From assembly GCA_045603925.1 (NCBI GenBank), contig JAZUNB010000011.1, forward strand, positions 1,734 through 65,733: a DNA stretch of 64,000 nt. Reading direction: 5' to 3'. Position numbers and translations under genes: made by a program. The notes beneath the pieces were generated by a model, which saw only the letters and a list, made by a program, of their open reading frames with translations, made no database searches and had not been told where the DNA came from. Positions 1 to 8,775 of this stretch are shown in pieces. Numbering within the stretch: the stretch's first letter is position 1; the number at the start of each line of letters is the position of its first letter. The DNA comes from Eubacteriales bacterium. GTDB lineage: Bacteria; Bacillota; Clostridia; Oscillospirales; QAKW01.

Positions 1-718
1 AATGAGATTTGATCTCCTTAAAAATATACGGCGCACCCAAAGCCCCTCTCGCCAGCATAAAACCATCTGCACCGGTTTCCGCCAAAATCCGCCGCGCCGA
101 TGCGCCATCCACCACATCTCCGTTTGCAATAACAGGGATGGATACAGCGTCCTTGATGCGCCGAATCATTTCATAATCGGCAGAGCCGGAATAAAACTGC
201 TCCCTGGTACGACCGTGCACGGTAATAAATGCCGCGCCCGCCGCCTCCATTTCCCGGGCAAAGCCGATCACCGAAGGATCCGGTGATTCGATGCCGATCC
301 GCATCTTCACGCTGACCGGTCTGCCGCAACCCTTAACGGCGGCCTTTACCAAAGCAGCAGAAAGAGACGGTTCGCGCAAAAGCGCGCTACCGTCTCCGTT
401 GTTGAAAATTTTCGGGGCAGGACACCCCATATTCAAATCAATTCCCGCAGGTGAAAAACGCTCCCAAACAAACTTGGCAGCATATTCCATCGCTTCAGGA
501 TCCCGACCGAAAAGCTGGATCAGCATCGGCTCCTCATCCGCCGTATGTTCCGCTAAATCGATGGTTTTTTCCGCACCAAAACGAATGGCTTTAGCGCTGA
601 TCATCTCCGAAACGGTATAATCAGCGCCGAATTCTCGGCAGATTCGCCGAAAGCCACTATCGCCGGGCCCCGCCATCGGCGCAAGCCCTATTTTATTACA
701 CGGGGTAAAGCTGTTCAC
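1..718 (-). CDS. dus: tRNA-dihydrouridine synthase (3' end lies beyond the window)
   Basis: Absent from the ORF track because it runs off the window edge. My minus-strand translation from GTG at 718 gives VNSFTPCNKIGLAPMAGPGDSGFRRICREFGADYTVSEMISAKAI...LNMGCPAPKIFNNGDGSALL...FITVHGRTREQFYSGSADY...VIANGDV. This matches the Dus FMN TIM-barrel pattern, including NxGCP. The GTG overlaps the stop of the upstream gene (GTGA). Confidence 0.85.
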   Translation of the reverse strand, partial: MNSFTPCNKIGLAPMAGPGDSGFRRICREFGADYTVSEMISAKAIRFGAEKTIDLAEHTADEEPMLIQLFGRDPEAMEYAAKFVWERFSPAGIDLNMGCPAPKIFNNGDGSALLREPSLSAALVKAAVKGCGRPVSVKMRIGIESPDPSVIGFAREMEAAGAAFITVHGRTREQFYSGSADYEMIRRIKDAVSIPVIANGDVVDGASARRILAETGADGFMLARGALGAPYIFKEIKSH

Positions 719-1986
719 TCAGTTTCTTCCACAGGCGGCCGCACCAACACGATCAAACGAGTCACGCGGTTTCCTTCAACCTCTTTCACAATTACCGTTA
801 ACCGACGGAAATGGAACGCATCAAAGACCTCCGGCATTGAACCGATCATCTCAGCCGCCCAACCGCCAACAGTGGTGGATTCACTTTCAAAATCCCGATC
901 ATCCAGATCCAATTCATCCAGAAAATCAAGGATACTCATTTGACCGTTACACTCATAGCGTTCGTCGCTGATCTTCACAAAATCATCAACGATTTCATCG
1001 GTCTCATCCCAGATCTCACCAACCAACTGTTCCAAAACGTCTTCCATAGTAAGAATACCCATGGTTCCGCCGTATTCATCGCTGACAATTGCCATATGAG
1101 TCTGCCGTTCCCTCAGTTCTGAAAGAATGGCGGGAAGCTTCATGGATTCGGGAATATAAACTGCTTCCATCAGTATCTCCCGCAGAGAAACCTCGGGGTG
1201 ATCCACCAATTCCTTATAAAGGGAATTTACATGCAGAATACCGATGATATGGTCGATCGTCTCTTCATAAACCGGGATACGGGAGAACTGATTCTCCGCA
1301 ATGATCTCCAAGATCTTCTCCAAAGGCTTATCGACATCAATGGCAACCATATCGATCCGCGGAGTGAGAATATCTTCGGCCGTCAGATCGGGAAATTCGA
1401 GAGCAGACTGCAACAATTCGGTCTGATCCTCATCCAAAACGCCCTCATCCTCAACCGTTTCCAGAAGATTGGCAAACTCCTCTTCGGTCATGGTCACCTC
1501 TTCCTCACCGGGCTTTTTCCAAAGCAGAGAGAGGCACTTAAAGATCGCAGAAGAGATCAAAACCAAGGGATAAAACAATACCATCAGAACCAATAACGGA
1601 TATGCCGCAAACTTCGTAATGGCTTCATTCTTCCGCTGGCTGATCACCTTGGGTGAGATCTCGCCAAAAATCAGGATCAGCACCGTCATCGAGAGAGTCA
1701 CGACTGTAGTCGCGGTACTCTCCGCGATCTTAAACTGACGGCACACCTGCAAGGCAATAACCGTCGCCACCGAAGTTGCGGCAATATTCACCAGATTATT
1801 ACCGATCAAAATGGTGGAAAGAATATTTTCATAATGATCGCAGATAAATACAACGGTTTTTGCGATCTTACTCCCCTGCTCCGCCTCCTTTTTCATCCGC
1901 AGACGGTTCACAGCAGTAAAGGCAATTTCCGAACCGGAAAAGAATGCCGAAAAACAAATCAAAATAACAATCAATACATACATCAT
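715..1986 (-). CDS. CNNM/HlyC-CorC family transporter (DUF21 membrane domain + CBS pair + CorC_HlyC C-terminal domain)
   Basis: 423 aa. N-terminal TM helices carry FSGSEIAF, the central part looks like a CBS pair, and the C-terminal part looks like a transporter-associated domain. Confidence 0.85.
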   Translation of the reverse strand: MMYVLIVILICFSAFFSGSEIAFTAVNRLRMKKEAEQGSKIAKTVVFICDHYENILSTILIGNNLVNIAATSVATVIALQVCRQFKIAESTATTVVTLSMTVLILIFGEISPKVISQRKNEAITKFAAYPLLVLMVLFYPLVLISSAIFKCLSLLWKKPGEEEVTMTEEEFANLLETVEDEGVLDEDQTELLQSALEFPDLTAEDILTPRIDMVAIDVDKPLEKILEIIAENQFSRIPVYEETIDHIIGILHVNSLYKELVDHPEVSLREILMEAVYIPESMKLPAILSELRERQTHMAIVSDEYGGTMGILTMEDVLEQLVGEIWDETDEIVDDFVKISDERYECNGQMSILDFLDELDLDDRDFESESTTVGGWAAEMIGSMPEVFDAFHFRRLTVIVKEVEGNRVTRLIVLVRPPVEETE

Positions 1987-2000
1987 TGTTTTTCACCCCC

Positions 2001-3011
2001 TCATTCCAGTTCCAGACCTTCGCCGAGGTCTGTTTCATCCTGAATGTCGCCCACAAGCTCTTCCAGAATGTCTTCAAGGGTTACCATGCCGATCTTCTTG
2101 CGCTGTTCATCTCTCAAAAAGACCATATGTAATTTATTCAAACGCATACGGCTGAGCAGATCGGAGATCTCAATGTTTGCATCAAACAAATAGGTTTTCA
2201 ACAGCATCTTTTTCAAATCGATCTTCTGCTTGGTCACATATTTGCCCAAAAAAGAGTTTACCTGCAGAATGCCGATCACATTCTGCTTATTCCCCTGAAA
2301 TACGGGAATTCTGGAATAGCGCTGTTCCTTCACAAACTGCGCAATATCATCCAAAGAGCGGTTTGCATCCAGCATGATCACCTGATCCATCGGGATCATG
2401 ATCTCCGATGCAACCTTTTCGCTGAATTCCATTGCCGAATGCACCAATGCCTGGGTTTCAGGCTCCAAAACGCCCTCATCCTCAATGGTTTCGATAATGT
2501 TGATCAGATCCTCTTCGGTTACGGTATTATCGACCTTTTCAGCCTTAAACAGCTTGGAGATGGCGTTTGAAAGGGATGTAAACAAAAAAGAAACCGGGGT
2601 CAGTAATTTCACCAGAAAGGATAAGCTTCCGCCAAAAGACAAAGCCAGCTTTTCACTGTTGCTCTTAGCAATACTCTTGGGAAGCATCTCACCCAGCAAA
2701 TATACGATCACGGTCGTCACAATGGTACCGACCGCAACATAAGCCTCGCCAAAGCGGTTGGTCACAAACACCGTTGACAACGAAGCACAAAATGCATGTA
2801 AAACATTTGTGCCGATCAAGATGGTGGCCAAAGACTTATCATACCGATCGGTAATCCAGATCGCGCGCTTCGCTCTGCGGTTCCCTTCATCGGCCATCGT
2901 ACGGATACGAACCTTGTTCATCGCCGTATACGCCGTCTCCGCGGCAGCAAAGTATGCGCACAATATTAATAAAACAGCATAAATCAGAATAGACCAACTG
3001 TCGCCGTCCAT
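2001..3011 (-). CDS. DUF21 + CBS-pair membrane protein (CNNM-type paralogue lacking the CorC_HlyC C-terminal domain)
   Basis: 336 aa. The N-terminus has TM helices with AAAETAYT followed by a CBS pair, and the protein ends right after the CBS region. It lies 14 nt upstream of the 423-aa paralogue. Confidence 0.8.
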   Translation of the reverse strand: MDGDSWSILIYAVLLILCAYFAAAETAYTAMNKVRIRTMADEGNRRAKRAIWITDRYDKSLATILIGTNVLHAFCASLSTVFVTNRFGEAYVAVGTIVTTVIVYLLGEMLPKSIAKSNSEKLALSFGGSLSFLVKLLTPVSFLFTSLSNAISKLFKAEKVDNTVTEEDLINIIETIEDEGVLEPETQALVHSAMEFSEKVASEIMIPMDQVIMLDANRSLDDIAQFVKEQRYSRIPVFQGNKQNVIGILQVNSFLGKYVTKQKIDLKKMLLKTYLFDANIEISDLLSRMRLNKLHMVFLRDEQRKKIGMVTLEDILEELVGDIQDETDLGEGLELE

Positions 3012-3051
3012 TTAATTTACCAACTCCTTGTTTATATAATATATTATTGCT

Positions 3052-3080
3052 ATTGTAACCAATTTTTAAGGTTTTGTCAA
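3052..3080 (-). promoter_or_regulatory. sigma-A type promoter for the CNNM pair
   Basis: Minus strand reads TTGACA (3080-3075), a 17-nt spacer, then TACAAT (3057-3052). It sits about 40 nt upstream of the ATG at 3011. Confidence 0.5.
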
Positions 3081-3088
3081 TAGTTGAC

Positions 3089-3139
3089 AAAAGAAAACTG
3101 CCCCTTGTGAAAAATCATTGGCTAAATCACAAAGAGCAG
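3089..3139 (-). terminator. rho-independent terminator after the PfoR-like gene
   Basis: 13-bp stem: ctgctctttgtga / tcacaaggggcag in minus sense. Two positions are G-U wobbles only in minus sense and would be C-A mismatches in plus sense. The stem is followed by TTTTCTTTT. Confidence 0.65.
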
Positions 3140-3170
3140 TTAAAGTTTAGATTACTATGAATACTTACGC

Positions 3171-4226
3171 TTAAAGTTTCAGATCATTCTCCTTGATCCA
3201 GCCGATGGATCTTAGAATCCATCCGCCAAGCAAAGAGAGCACTGCGGGAAGCACAAAGCAGATCAAGACCAAACCGATCCAATCCATAGCAGTGATCATT
3301 CTACCGGCATCTACCCAACCGGTATAAACGCCGATCTGCCCCACCAGACCGCAGGTTCCCATACCGCTTGCCACAGGAGGCCCGTTCATTTCAAGCTTAA
3401 ACAAGCAGGTAGCCAAGGGACCGGTAATGGCAGAGGCAACAATGGGCGGGATCCAGATCCGAGGATTACGCACAATATTTCCCATCTGAAGCATCGAAGT
3501 ACCAAGCCCCTGGGAAACAAGTCCTCCCCAACGGTTTTCCTTAAAGCTCATCACCGCAAAACCGATCATCTGCGCGCAGCAGCCCGCCACCGCGGCCCCA
3601 CCGGCCAAGCCGGTCAGAGAAAGAGCGGCACATATGGCGGCACTGGAAATAGGCAGGGTTAAAAAGATTCCAACCAGCACCGATACAACAACACCCATTA
3701 AAAACGGTTGCAGCTCGGTTGCCCACATGATCAGCTGACCCAAAGAACTTGCGCCTTTGCCGATCCAGGGAGCCAGCCAAGCCGACAGAGCAACACCCAC
3801 CATAATGGTGACAAAGGGCGTTACGAGAATGTCAACCTTCGTTTCCTTGGAAACCATTTTTCCGCATTCAGCGGCAATGATGGCAATAATCAAAACCGCC
3901 AAAGGACCGCCTGCTCCCCCGAGACCATTGGCCGCAGAACCAACTGCAACCAGTGAAAACAACACCAGATTAGGTGCCTTCAGAGCATAGCCGATGGCAA
4001 CTGCCATGGCAGGACCCGACATAGCAGACGCATATTTCCCAACCTCAACCAAAAATGAACTGCCGGTGAGATCGCCGATAGTATCAATGATCGTACCGAT
4101 CAGCAGTGAGCAAAACAAACCTTGGGCCATGGCACCCAAAGCATCGATCAAATAGCGTCGCCAGGAAAGCTCGATCTCTTTTCGTTTTAAAAAAGACTTC
4201 AATTTGCTCAATGATAAGACCTCCAA
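3171..4226 (-). CDS. PTS EIIC-like polytopic membrane protein (PfoR / COG3641-like)
   Basis: 351 aa, glycine-rich and multi-TM (GGAGGPLAVLIIAIIAAECGKMV, GLAGGAAVAGCCAQMIGF). No EIIA, EIIB or HPr partner is adjacent. The listed start is TTG. A GGAGG lies 8 nt before an internal TTG at codon 6, so the true start may be about 15 nt downstream. Confidence 0.6.
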   Translation of the reverse strand: MEVLSLSKLKSFLKRKEIELSWRRYLIDALGAMAQGLFCSLLIGTIIDTIGDLTGSSFLVEVGKYASAMSGPAMAVAIGYALKAPNLVLFSLVAVGSAANGLGGAGGPLAVLIIAIIAAECGKMVSKETKVDILVTPFVTIMVGVALSAWLAPWIGKGASSLGQLIMWATELQPFLMGVVVSVLVGIFLTLPISSAAICAALSLTGLAGGAAVAGCCAQMIGFAVMSFKENRWGGLVSQGLGTSMLQMGNIVRNPRIWIPPIVASAITGPLATCLFKLEMNGPPVASGMGTCGLVGQIGVYTGWVDAGRMITAMDWIGLVLICFVLPAVLSLLGGWILRSIGWIKENDLKL

Positions 4227-4320
4227 ATCATCTTTTTTCTGTTATTTTATCACCATCGTTTTTGATCCGCAAGGGAAAAACTCTACAAATTTTTTCCATA
4301 CCACAGAGAGATATATATGA

Positions 4321-4351
4321 AAAGAGCGAAAAACCGCCGTTTTTCGCTCTT
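4321..4351 (-). terminator. terminator-like hairpin after htrA
   Basis: The stem is gagcgaaaa / ttttcgctc, directly after the stop at 4358. The U-tract is short (cttttcat). Confidence 0.45.
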
Positions 4352-4357
4352 AATATT

Positions 4358-5767
4358 TTATTCTGAAGCCTCAAATAGGGTAATTTCAAGGTCAAAGGTC
4401 TCCCCATCTCTCCAAACGGTGATTTTAACATTATCACCCGGATGGAAGGCATCCTTCAAATCATTGAGTTCAGCCATGGATTTGATCTCCTCACCATTAA
4501 ACCCGATTACCACATCGTCTTCCTTCAGCCCCTTCTTGGCTGCATCACGATCCTCTTCCACATGGACAACATAAACGCCCTGCGGCATATTATGGTATTT
4601 CGCATAAGCCTCTGTAAGATCGGTACCGGAGAAGCCGATATAGGCTCTGCTCTTCACAAAGCCGTAATTGATCAATTCTTCGGAAATGGTAATGGCATCA
4701 TTAATGGGGATAGCAAAGCCGATACCCTCATATCCGGTTGCCACCAATTTAGAAGAGGTGATCCCAACCACCTGACCGTAAGAATTGATCAGCGGACCGC
4801 CGCTGTTGCCGGGGTTGATCTCAGCATTGGTCTGGATCAAGGTCATATAACCGCCGTTCATTTCGATCTTACGATTAAGAGCGGAAACAATACCGTTGGT
4901 AATACTGCCCGAAAGCTCCATCCCATAGGGATTCCCGATGCAAACAACCTCCTCGCCCTCCTCCAGCTGATCGCTGTTGCCAAGCTCGGCAGGAGAAAGA
5001 CCGGTGGCATCCACCTTCAGGATCGCAAGATCTGAGCGCTCATCCTGGCCAACAATGGTTGCGGTATAACTGGTGATCCCATCGATCAAAACCACCTCAA
5101 CCAAGGATGCGTCTTCGATCACATGGGCATTGGTGATGATATAACCATCCTCACTGATGATAAAGCCCGAACCGGAGAACTCGGTCTCCTCGTCATTAGA
5201 CATAGAGATCAAAACCGCAACAACGCTGTTTTTCAGCTTCTTATTGATCTCAACGATCGAAAGGATTTCCCCGCTCTTTTCTTCTTTCGTAATTTCCGGC
5301 ATATTGTAGACGACCTTATCGTCCCGTTCGGAAAGACCGGTCTGTTTATCGGCGGTTTCGTTCTTGGTTTCATTTTCGGTTACTGTCTCATCGGCATCCG
5401 AGGAATGATGAACACCCGTAAGATTGAAGACAGTGGCAATTGTGATGACCAGGCAGCAAAGAAACATAATTCCGACCGCCGTTGCCGCAACAACGATCAA
5501 GCCGAGATTTTCCTTTTTCTTCGGCTGTGGGGCAACAGAATAGGGCTGATAATTCTGATAGGGATTCGGGTTCTGATAAGAATAGCCGCCTTGCCATTGG
5601 GAGGTCGGTGCAGGCTCCGGTTGGGAAACCTGAGGAATCGGCTCTTCTTCTGATACAGGGGCCTCAGCCAAAATCGGTTCTTCTGCCTGAACCGGTTCAC
5701 GAACATCACTTATCGGTTCGGTATTCTCAATGGAATCGGGAATTCCTTGGTTCAATTGTTCATCCAT
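4358..5767 (-). CDS. htrA: membrane-anchored HtrA/DegP-family serine protease with PDZ domain
   Basis: 469 aa. Trypsin-fold triad context is present (TNAHVI ... D ... GNSGGPL) with a C-terminal PDZ-like segment. A single TM helix follows a Pro/Gln/Tyr-rich N-terminal region. Confidence 0.85.
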   Translation of the reverse strand: MDEQLNQGIPDSIENTEPISDVREPVQAEEPILAEAPVSEEEPIPQVSQPEPAPTSQWQGGYSYQNPNPYQNYQPYSVAPQPKKKENLGLIVVAATAVGIMFLCCLVITIATVFNLTGVHHSSDADETVTENETKNETADKQTGLSERDDKVVYNMPEITKEEKSGEILSIVEINKKLKNSVVAVLISMSNDEETEFSGSGFIISEDGYIITNAHVIEDASLVEVVLIDGITSYTATIVGQDERSDLAILKVDATGLSPAELGNSDQLEEGEEVVCIGNPYGMELSGSITNGIVSALNRKIEMNGGYMTLIQTNAEINPGNSGGPLINSYGQVVGITSSKLVATGYEGIGFAIPINDAITISEELINYGFVKSRAYIGFSGTDLTEAYAKYHNMPQGVYVVHVEEDRDAAKKGLKEDDVVIGFNGEEIKSMAELNDLKDAFHPGDNVKITVWRDGETFDLEITLFEASE

Positions 5768-5778
5768 AACTGTTCCTC

Positions 5779-7194
5779 CTAAAACTCCTCACGCGCTTCC
5801 TTCAGCGTGAAGGTAAACTCTGCAAATGCGCCCTCTTTAGAGGTAAGAAAAATATCCTCACCATGAGCATCAATAATGCTCTTAACCATATATAAACCCA
5901 GACCGACACCCTTTCGGCTGATACCTCGGCTTTTATCGGTTTTATAGAAACGTTCAAAGATCCGACCGGCCTCTGCCTGGGGAATTCCTTCGCCGGTATT
6001 CTTAACAGAAAAATAGATCTTATCCGCCTTTTGTTCCATCGAAACGACGATCTCGCCGCCCTCGGGAGTGAATTTCACAGCATTATCCAAAAGATTATAG
6101 ATCACCCGGTAGATCGCGTCATGATCGCCGATGGCATATACCGATTCATCGGGCAACTGAATGGTCAGACGAATCTTTTCTTCTTCGATCCGATCCTCTG
6201 CAGTCAACAAAACACGATGGGCAATCTCAGTCAGATCAAAGGGAAGCATCTGATAGGAGATCTCCCCCGACTGAATGCGAGCGACATCCAAAAGATTATT
6301 GACCATTCGGGATAGCCGCCGCACCTCTTCCGAAACCAAAAGCAGATATTTCTCTCGAGAATCATCCGGAATAGTACCGTCGATAATTCCGTCGATAAAC
6401 CCACCTATTGTCGTCATAGGAGTTCTCAATTCATGGGAAACATCGGCAATAAACTCGCGCCGCATACTCTCCAGCCGATCCAGGCCATCCGCCATTTGAT
6501 TAAAGGTGGTAGCAAGGGCACCGAGTTCACCCTCCGGTGCAACCGTTATACGGCGGGAAAAATCGCCCTTTGCATAGGATTTTGCGGCCAGGGCCATCTC
6601 ATACAGCGGCTTGGTGATCTGATAGGTGATAATATACAGCGCCACAAAGGCGATGAGCATAACCGTTATTCCGCAGGCTAAAAAGGTAAGCAAGATGCTT
6701 TGCATCGCGGAGTTTACGCGAACCTGCCGCGCAGTCACAAACACTCCACCGATCACCTCGCTATTATCGCCGCGGATCGGCACTCCCACCGTATAGGAGT
6801 TTCCCAGCTCCTCGATCAGAACCGCTTGCCGACGATAGATCTCGCCGCCAAATACCGTATCGACGGCAGCATCGGGCAGAATCACAGCTTTATCGGGCAA
6901 GGTGCTTTGAACGATGCGCCCCCATTGATTGATGATGATCACATCGCTGTCGATGGTTTCCTTCACCGTTTCAATGGCGCCCTCCATCACCGTTCCCACA
7001 AAAACATTATAATTGGCAGGCATCCCCTGCAGCATAGAAGCTACCTTATTGGCGGCATTTTCCATATTGCGGTCCTGCTCTTTTATGCTTCGTATCGTGT
7101 AAACGCCGGTAGTCGCCGTACCCAACACAAATACGGTTAACAGTATGATCAGCGCGCAAACGCTGAAATATCGAAAAAATATTCGCCTATGCAC
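5779..7194 (-). CDS. sensor histidine kinase (two TM helices, HAMP, HisKA, HATPase_c)
   Basis: H-box SHELRTPMT, N-box LLDNAVKFTPEGG, G-box GVGLGLYMV. Confidence 0.9.
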   Translation of the reverse strand: MHRRIFFRYFSVCALIILLTVFVLGTATTGVYTIRSIKEQDRNMENAANKVASMLQGMPANYNVFVGTVMEGAIETVKETIDSDVIIINQWGRIVQSTLPDKAVILPDAAVDTVFGGEIYRRQAVLIEELGNSYTVGVPIRGDNSEVIGGVFVTARQVRVNSAMQSILLTFLACGITVMLIAFVALYIITYQITKPLYEMALAAKSYAKGDFSRRITVAPEGELGALATTFNQMADGLDRLESMRREFIADVSHELRTPMTTIGGFIDGIIDGTIPDDSREKYLLLVSEEVRRLSRMVNNLLDVARIQSGEISYQMLPFDLTEIAHRVLLTAEDRIEEEKIRLTIQLPDESVYAIGDHDAIYRVIYNLLDNAVKFTPEGGEIVVSMEQKADKIYFSVKNTGEGIPQAEAGRIFERFYKTDKSRGISRKGVGLGLYMVKSIIDAHGEDIFLTSKEGAFAEFTFTLKEAREEF

Positions 7195-7878
7195 TTAATC
7201 TATGGTCTCAAATTTATAGCCGATCCCCCAAACGGTACGGATCGCCCATTGATCTGAAACACCCTCCAATTTTTCCCGAATTCTTTTAATATGAACATCA
7301 ACCGTTCTGGAATCGCCAAAATACTTAAAGCCCCAGATCTCATCCAAAAGCTGATCGCGAGTAAAGACCCGATTGGGATTTTTAGCAAGATGATACAAAA
7401 GTTCGATCTCCTTGGGCGGAGCATCCACCTGCTTGCCCTTTACCATCAGTTTATAATTGGTAAGCGAAACAAAAAGATTGGGGTATTCCACCTCTTGGCG
7501 AGATTCATTGGGCAAAGTTCCCGCCCGCCGTAAAACAGTTTTCACCCGCGCCATCACCTCTTTGGCATCAAAAGGCTTGGTCACATAATCATCGGCACCC
7601 AGCTCCAGACCCAACACTTTATCAAAGGTCTCTCCTTTTGCCGAAAGCATAATGATCGGTACATTGGAGCTTTGGCGGATTTCACGGCAGACCTGCCATC
7701 CGTCTTTTTTCGGAAGCATAATATCCAAAAGGATCAGATCGGGGCCAAAGGAAGCAAATTTCTGTACCGCCTCTTCTCCATCCCCTGCAGATTCAACCGT
7801 ATATCCGTCCTTCACAAGATAAATTTTCAGTAATTCACAAATATTCTGTTCATCATCAACAACTAAGACTCTACTCAT
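7195..7878 (-). CDS. OmpR-family response regulator
   Basis: The receiver domain shows VLVVDDE, LLDIMLP and a conserved K. The winged-helix output domain shows RTVDVHIKRIREKL. Its stop abuts the kinase start. Confidence 0.9.
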   Translation of the reverse strand: MSRVLVVDDEQNICELLKIYLVKDGYTVESAGDGEEAVQKFASFGPDLILLDIMLPKKDGWQVCREIRQSSNVPIIMLSAKGETFDKVLGLELGADDYVTKPFDAKEVMARVKTVLRRAGTLPNESRQEVEYPNLFVSLTNYKLMVKGKQVDAPPKEIELLYHLAKNPNRVFTRDQLLDEIWGFKYFGDSRTVDVHIKRIREKLEGVSDQWAIRTVWGIGYKFETID

Positions 7879-7971
7879 GATCTGTCACCTTCCTAATTTT
7901 GGATATTAACAGTATACCTTTTATCGCGGCAAAATGGATGAAGAAATTATGAACAAACTTAAAGAAATATT

Positions 7972-8604
7972 TTAATATGAGAAGGGGCAGTATAGCTCCT
8001 CCAGCCGCTCCACCTTAGCATTTCCTGCGGATAGATCCATCAGTTTTCGGCAAAACTCCTCTTCCTGAACCGCCTTCATCAAAAGCTCGGCATGAACCGT
8101 ATCGCTGAATTCGGTATCTTGAATCTCGATCTTCATATCGTCGGTCAACCGCTGAAGCCGATCATAAAAGGAATAACTGCATCCCACCTTCAGGCGAACG
8201 CCTCGCTCCATGACCGCAATTCCCGCCGCACGAACACCGTCTGCCGCGCCCTTGGAATAAGCCCGCACCAAACCGCCCGCACCCAGCAGGATCCCACCGA
8301 AATAGCGGGTCACAACAACTGCAACATTATACAGATCCTCTTTTTTCAACACATCCAGCATAGGCATTCCGGCAGTTCCGCCCGGCTCTCCATCGTCAAA
8401 AAAACGCTCTACAAACGGTGTTTTCAACCGATAAGCCGCGCAGTTATGGGTAGCATCGGGAAACTCCGCCTTCATTCTGGCGATGAAAGCATCCGCCTCT
8501 TCAACGGTTTCCACCCGTTCCAGGGTCGTTATAAACCGGCTTTTACGCTCTATAAATTCTGTTCGGCAGTTGGATGCCGGAACCAAATAACCGTTTTCCT
8601 GCAT
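7972..8604 (-). CDS. YigZ / IMPACT-family protein (UPF0029)
   Basis: 210 aa with RKSRFI...HNCAAY...DDGEPGGTAGMPML...VVVTRYFGGILLGAGGLVRAY, which is typical of the family. Confidence 0.8.
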   Translation of the reverse strand: MQENGYLVPASNCRTEFIERKSRFITTLERVETVEEADAFIARMKAEFPDATHNCAAYRLKTPFVERFFDDGEPGGTAGMPMLDVLKKEDLYNVAVVVTRYFGGILLGAGGLVRAYSKGAADGVRAAGIAVMERGVRLKVGCSYSFYDRLQRLTDDMKIEIQDTEFSDTVHAELLMKAVQEEEFCRKLMDLSAGNAKVERLEELYCPFSY

Positions 8605-8635
8605 TGATATTCTCCAAAATCAATTAATTATTACT

Positions 8636-8664
8636 ATTTTAGCACAGTTTTACGGATTTCGCAA
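8636..8664 (-). promoter_or_regulatory. sigma-A type promoter for the yigZ-family gene
   Basis: Minus strand reads TTGCGA (8664-8659), a 17-nt spacer, then TGcTAAAAT (extended -10, 8641-8636). Confidence 0.5.
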
Positions 8665-8718
8665 TCCAAAAAGGAAAATGCTCCGCCAAATGCGTTGTAC
8701 CCGTAAGGACAATCAATC

Positions 8719-8774
8719 AAAAAGAAAACTCTCAATCCGGCTTTCATGCTTGATTGAGAGTTTTTTTGTTTTTT
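8719..8774. terminator. bidirectional rho-independent terminator
   Basis: 11-bp stem aactctcaatc (8727-8737) / gattgagagtt (8752-8762). It is flanked by A10-like (8719-8728) and T-rich (8761-8774) runs, so a U-tract follows the stem in either sense. In minus sense it closes the ilvA transcript after the hairpin array. Confidence 0.6.
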
Positions 8775-8775
8775 G

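Noticed and set aside
2-620. Plus-strand ORFs 2-286 and 291-620 (94 and 109 aa).
   Set aside because: They are shadow ORFs antisense to the clearly conserved dus reading frame. Their composition is Arg/Ser/Pro-rich and resembles no protein family.
3074-3094. The perfect palindrome TTGTCAA-tag-TTGACAA considered as a repressor operator.
   Set aside because: It is explained more simply by the TTGACA -35 box of the CNNM promoter plus its mirror image. There is no second copy and no adjacent regulator gene, so I did not report it as a binding site.
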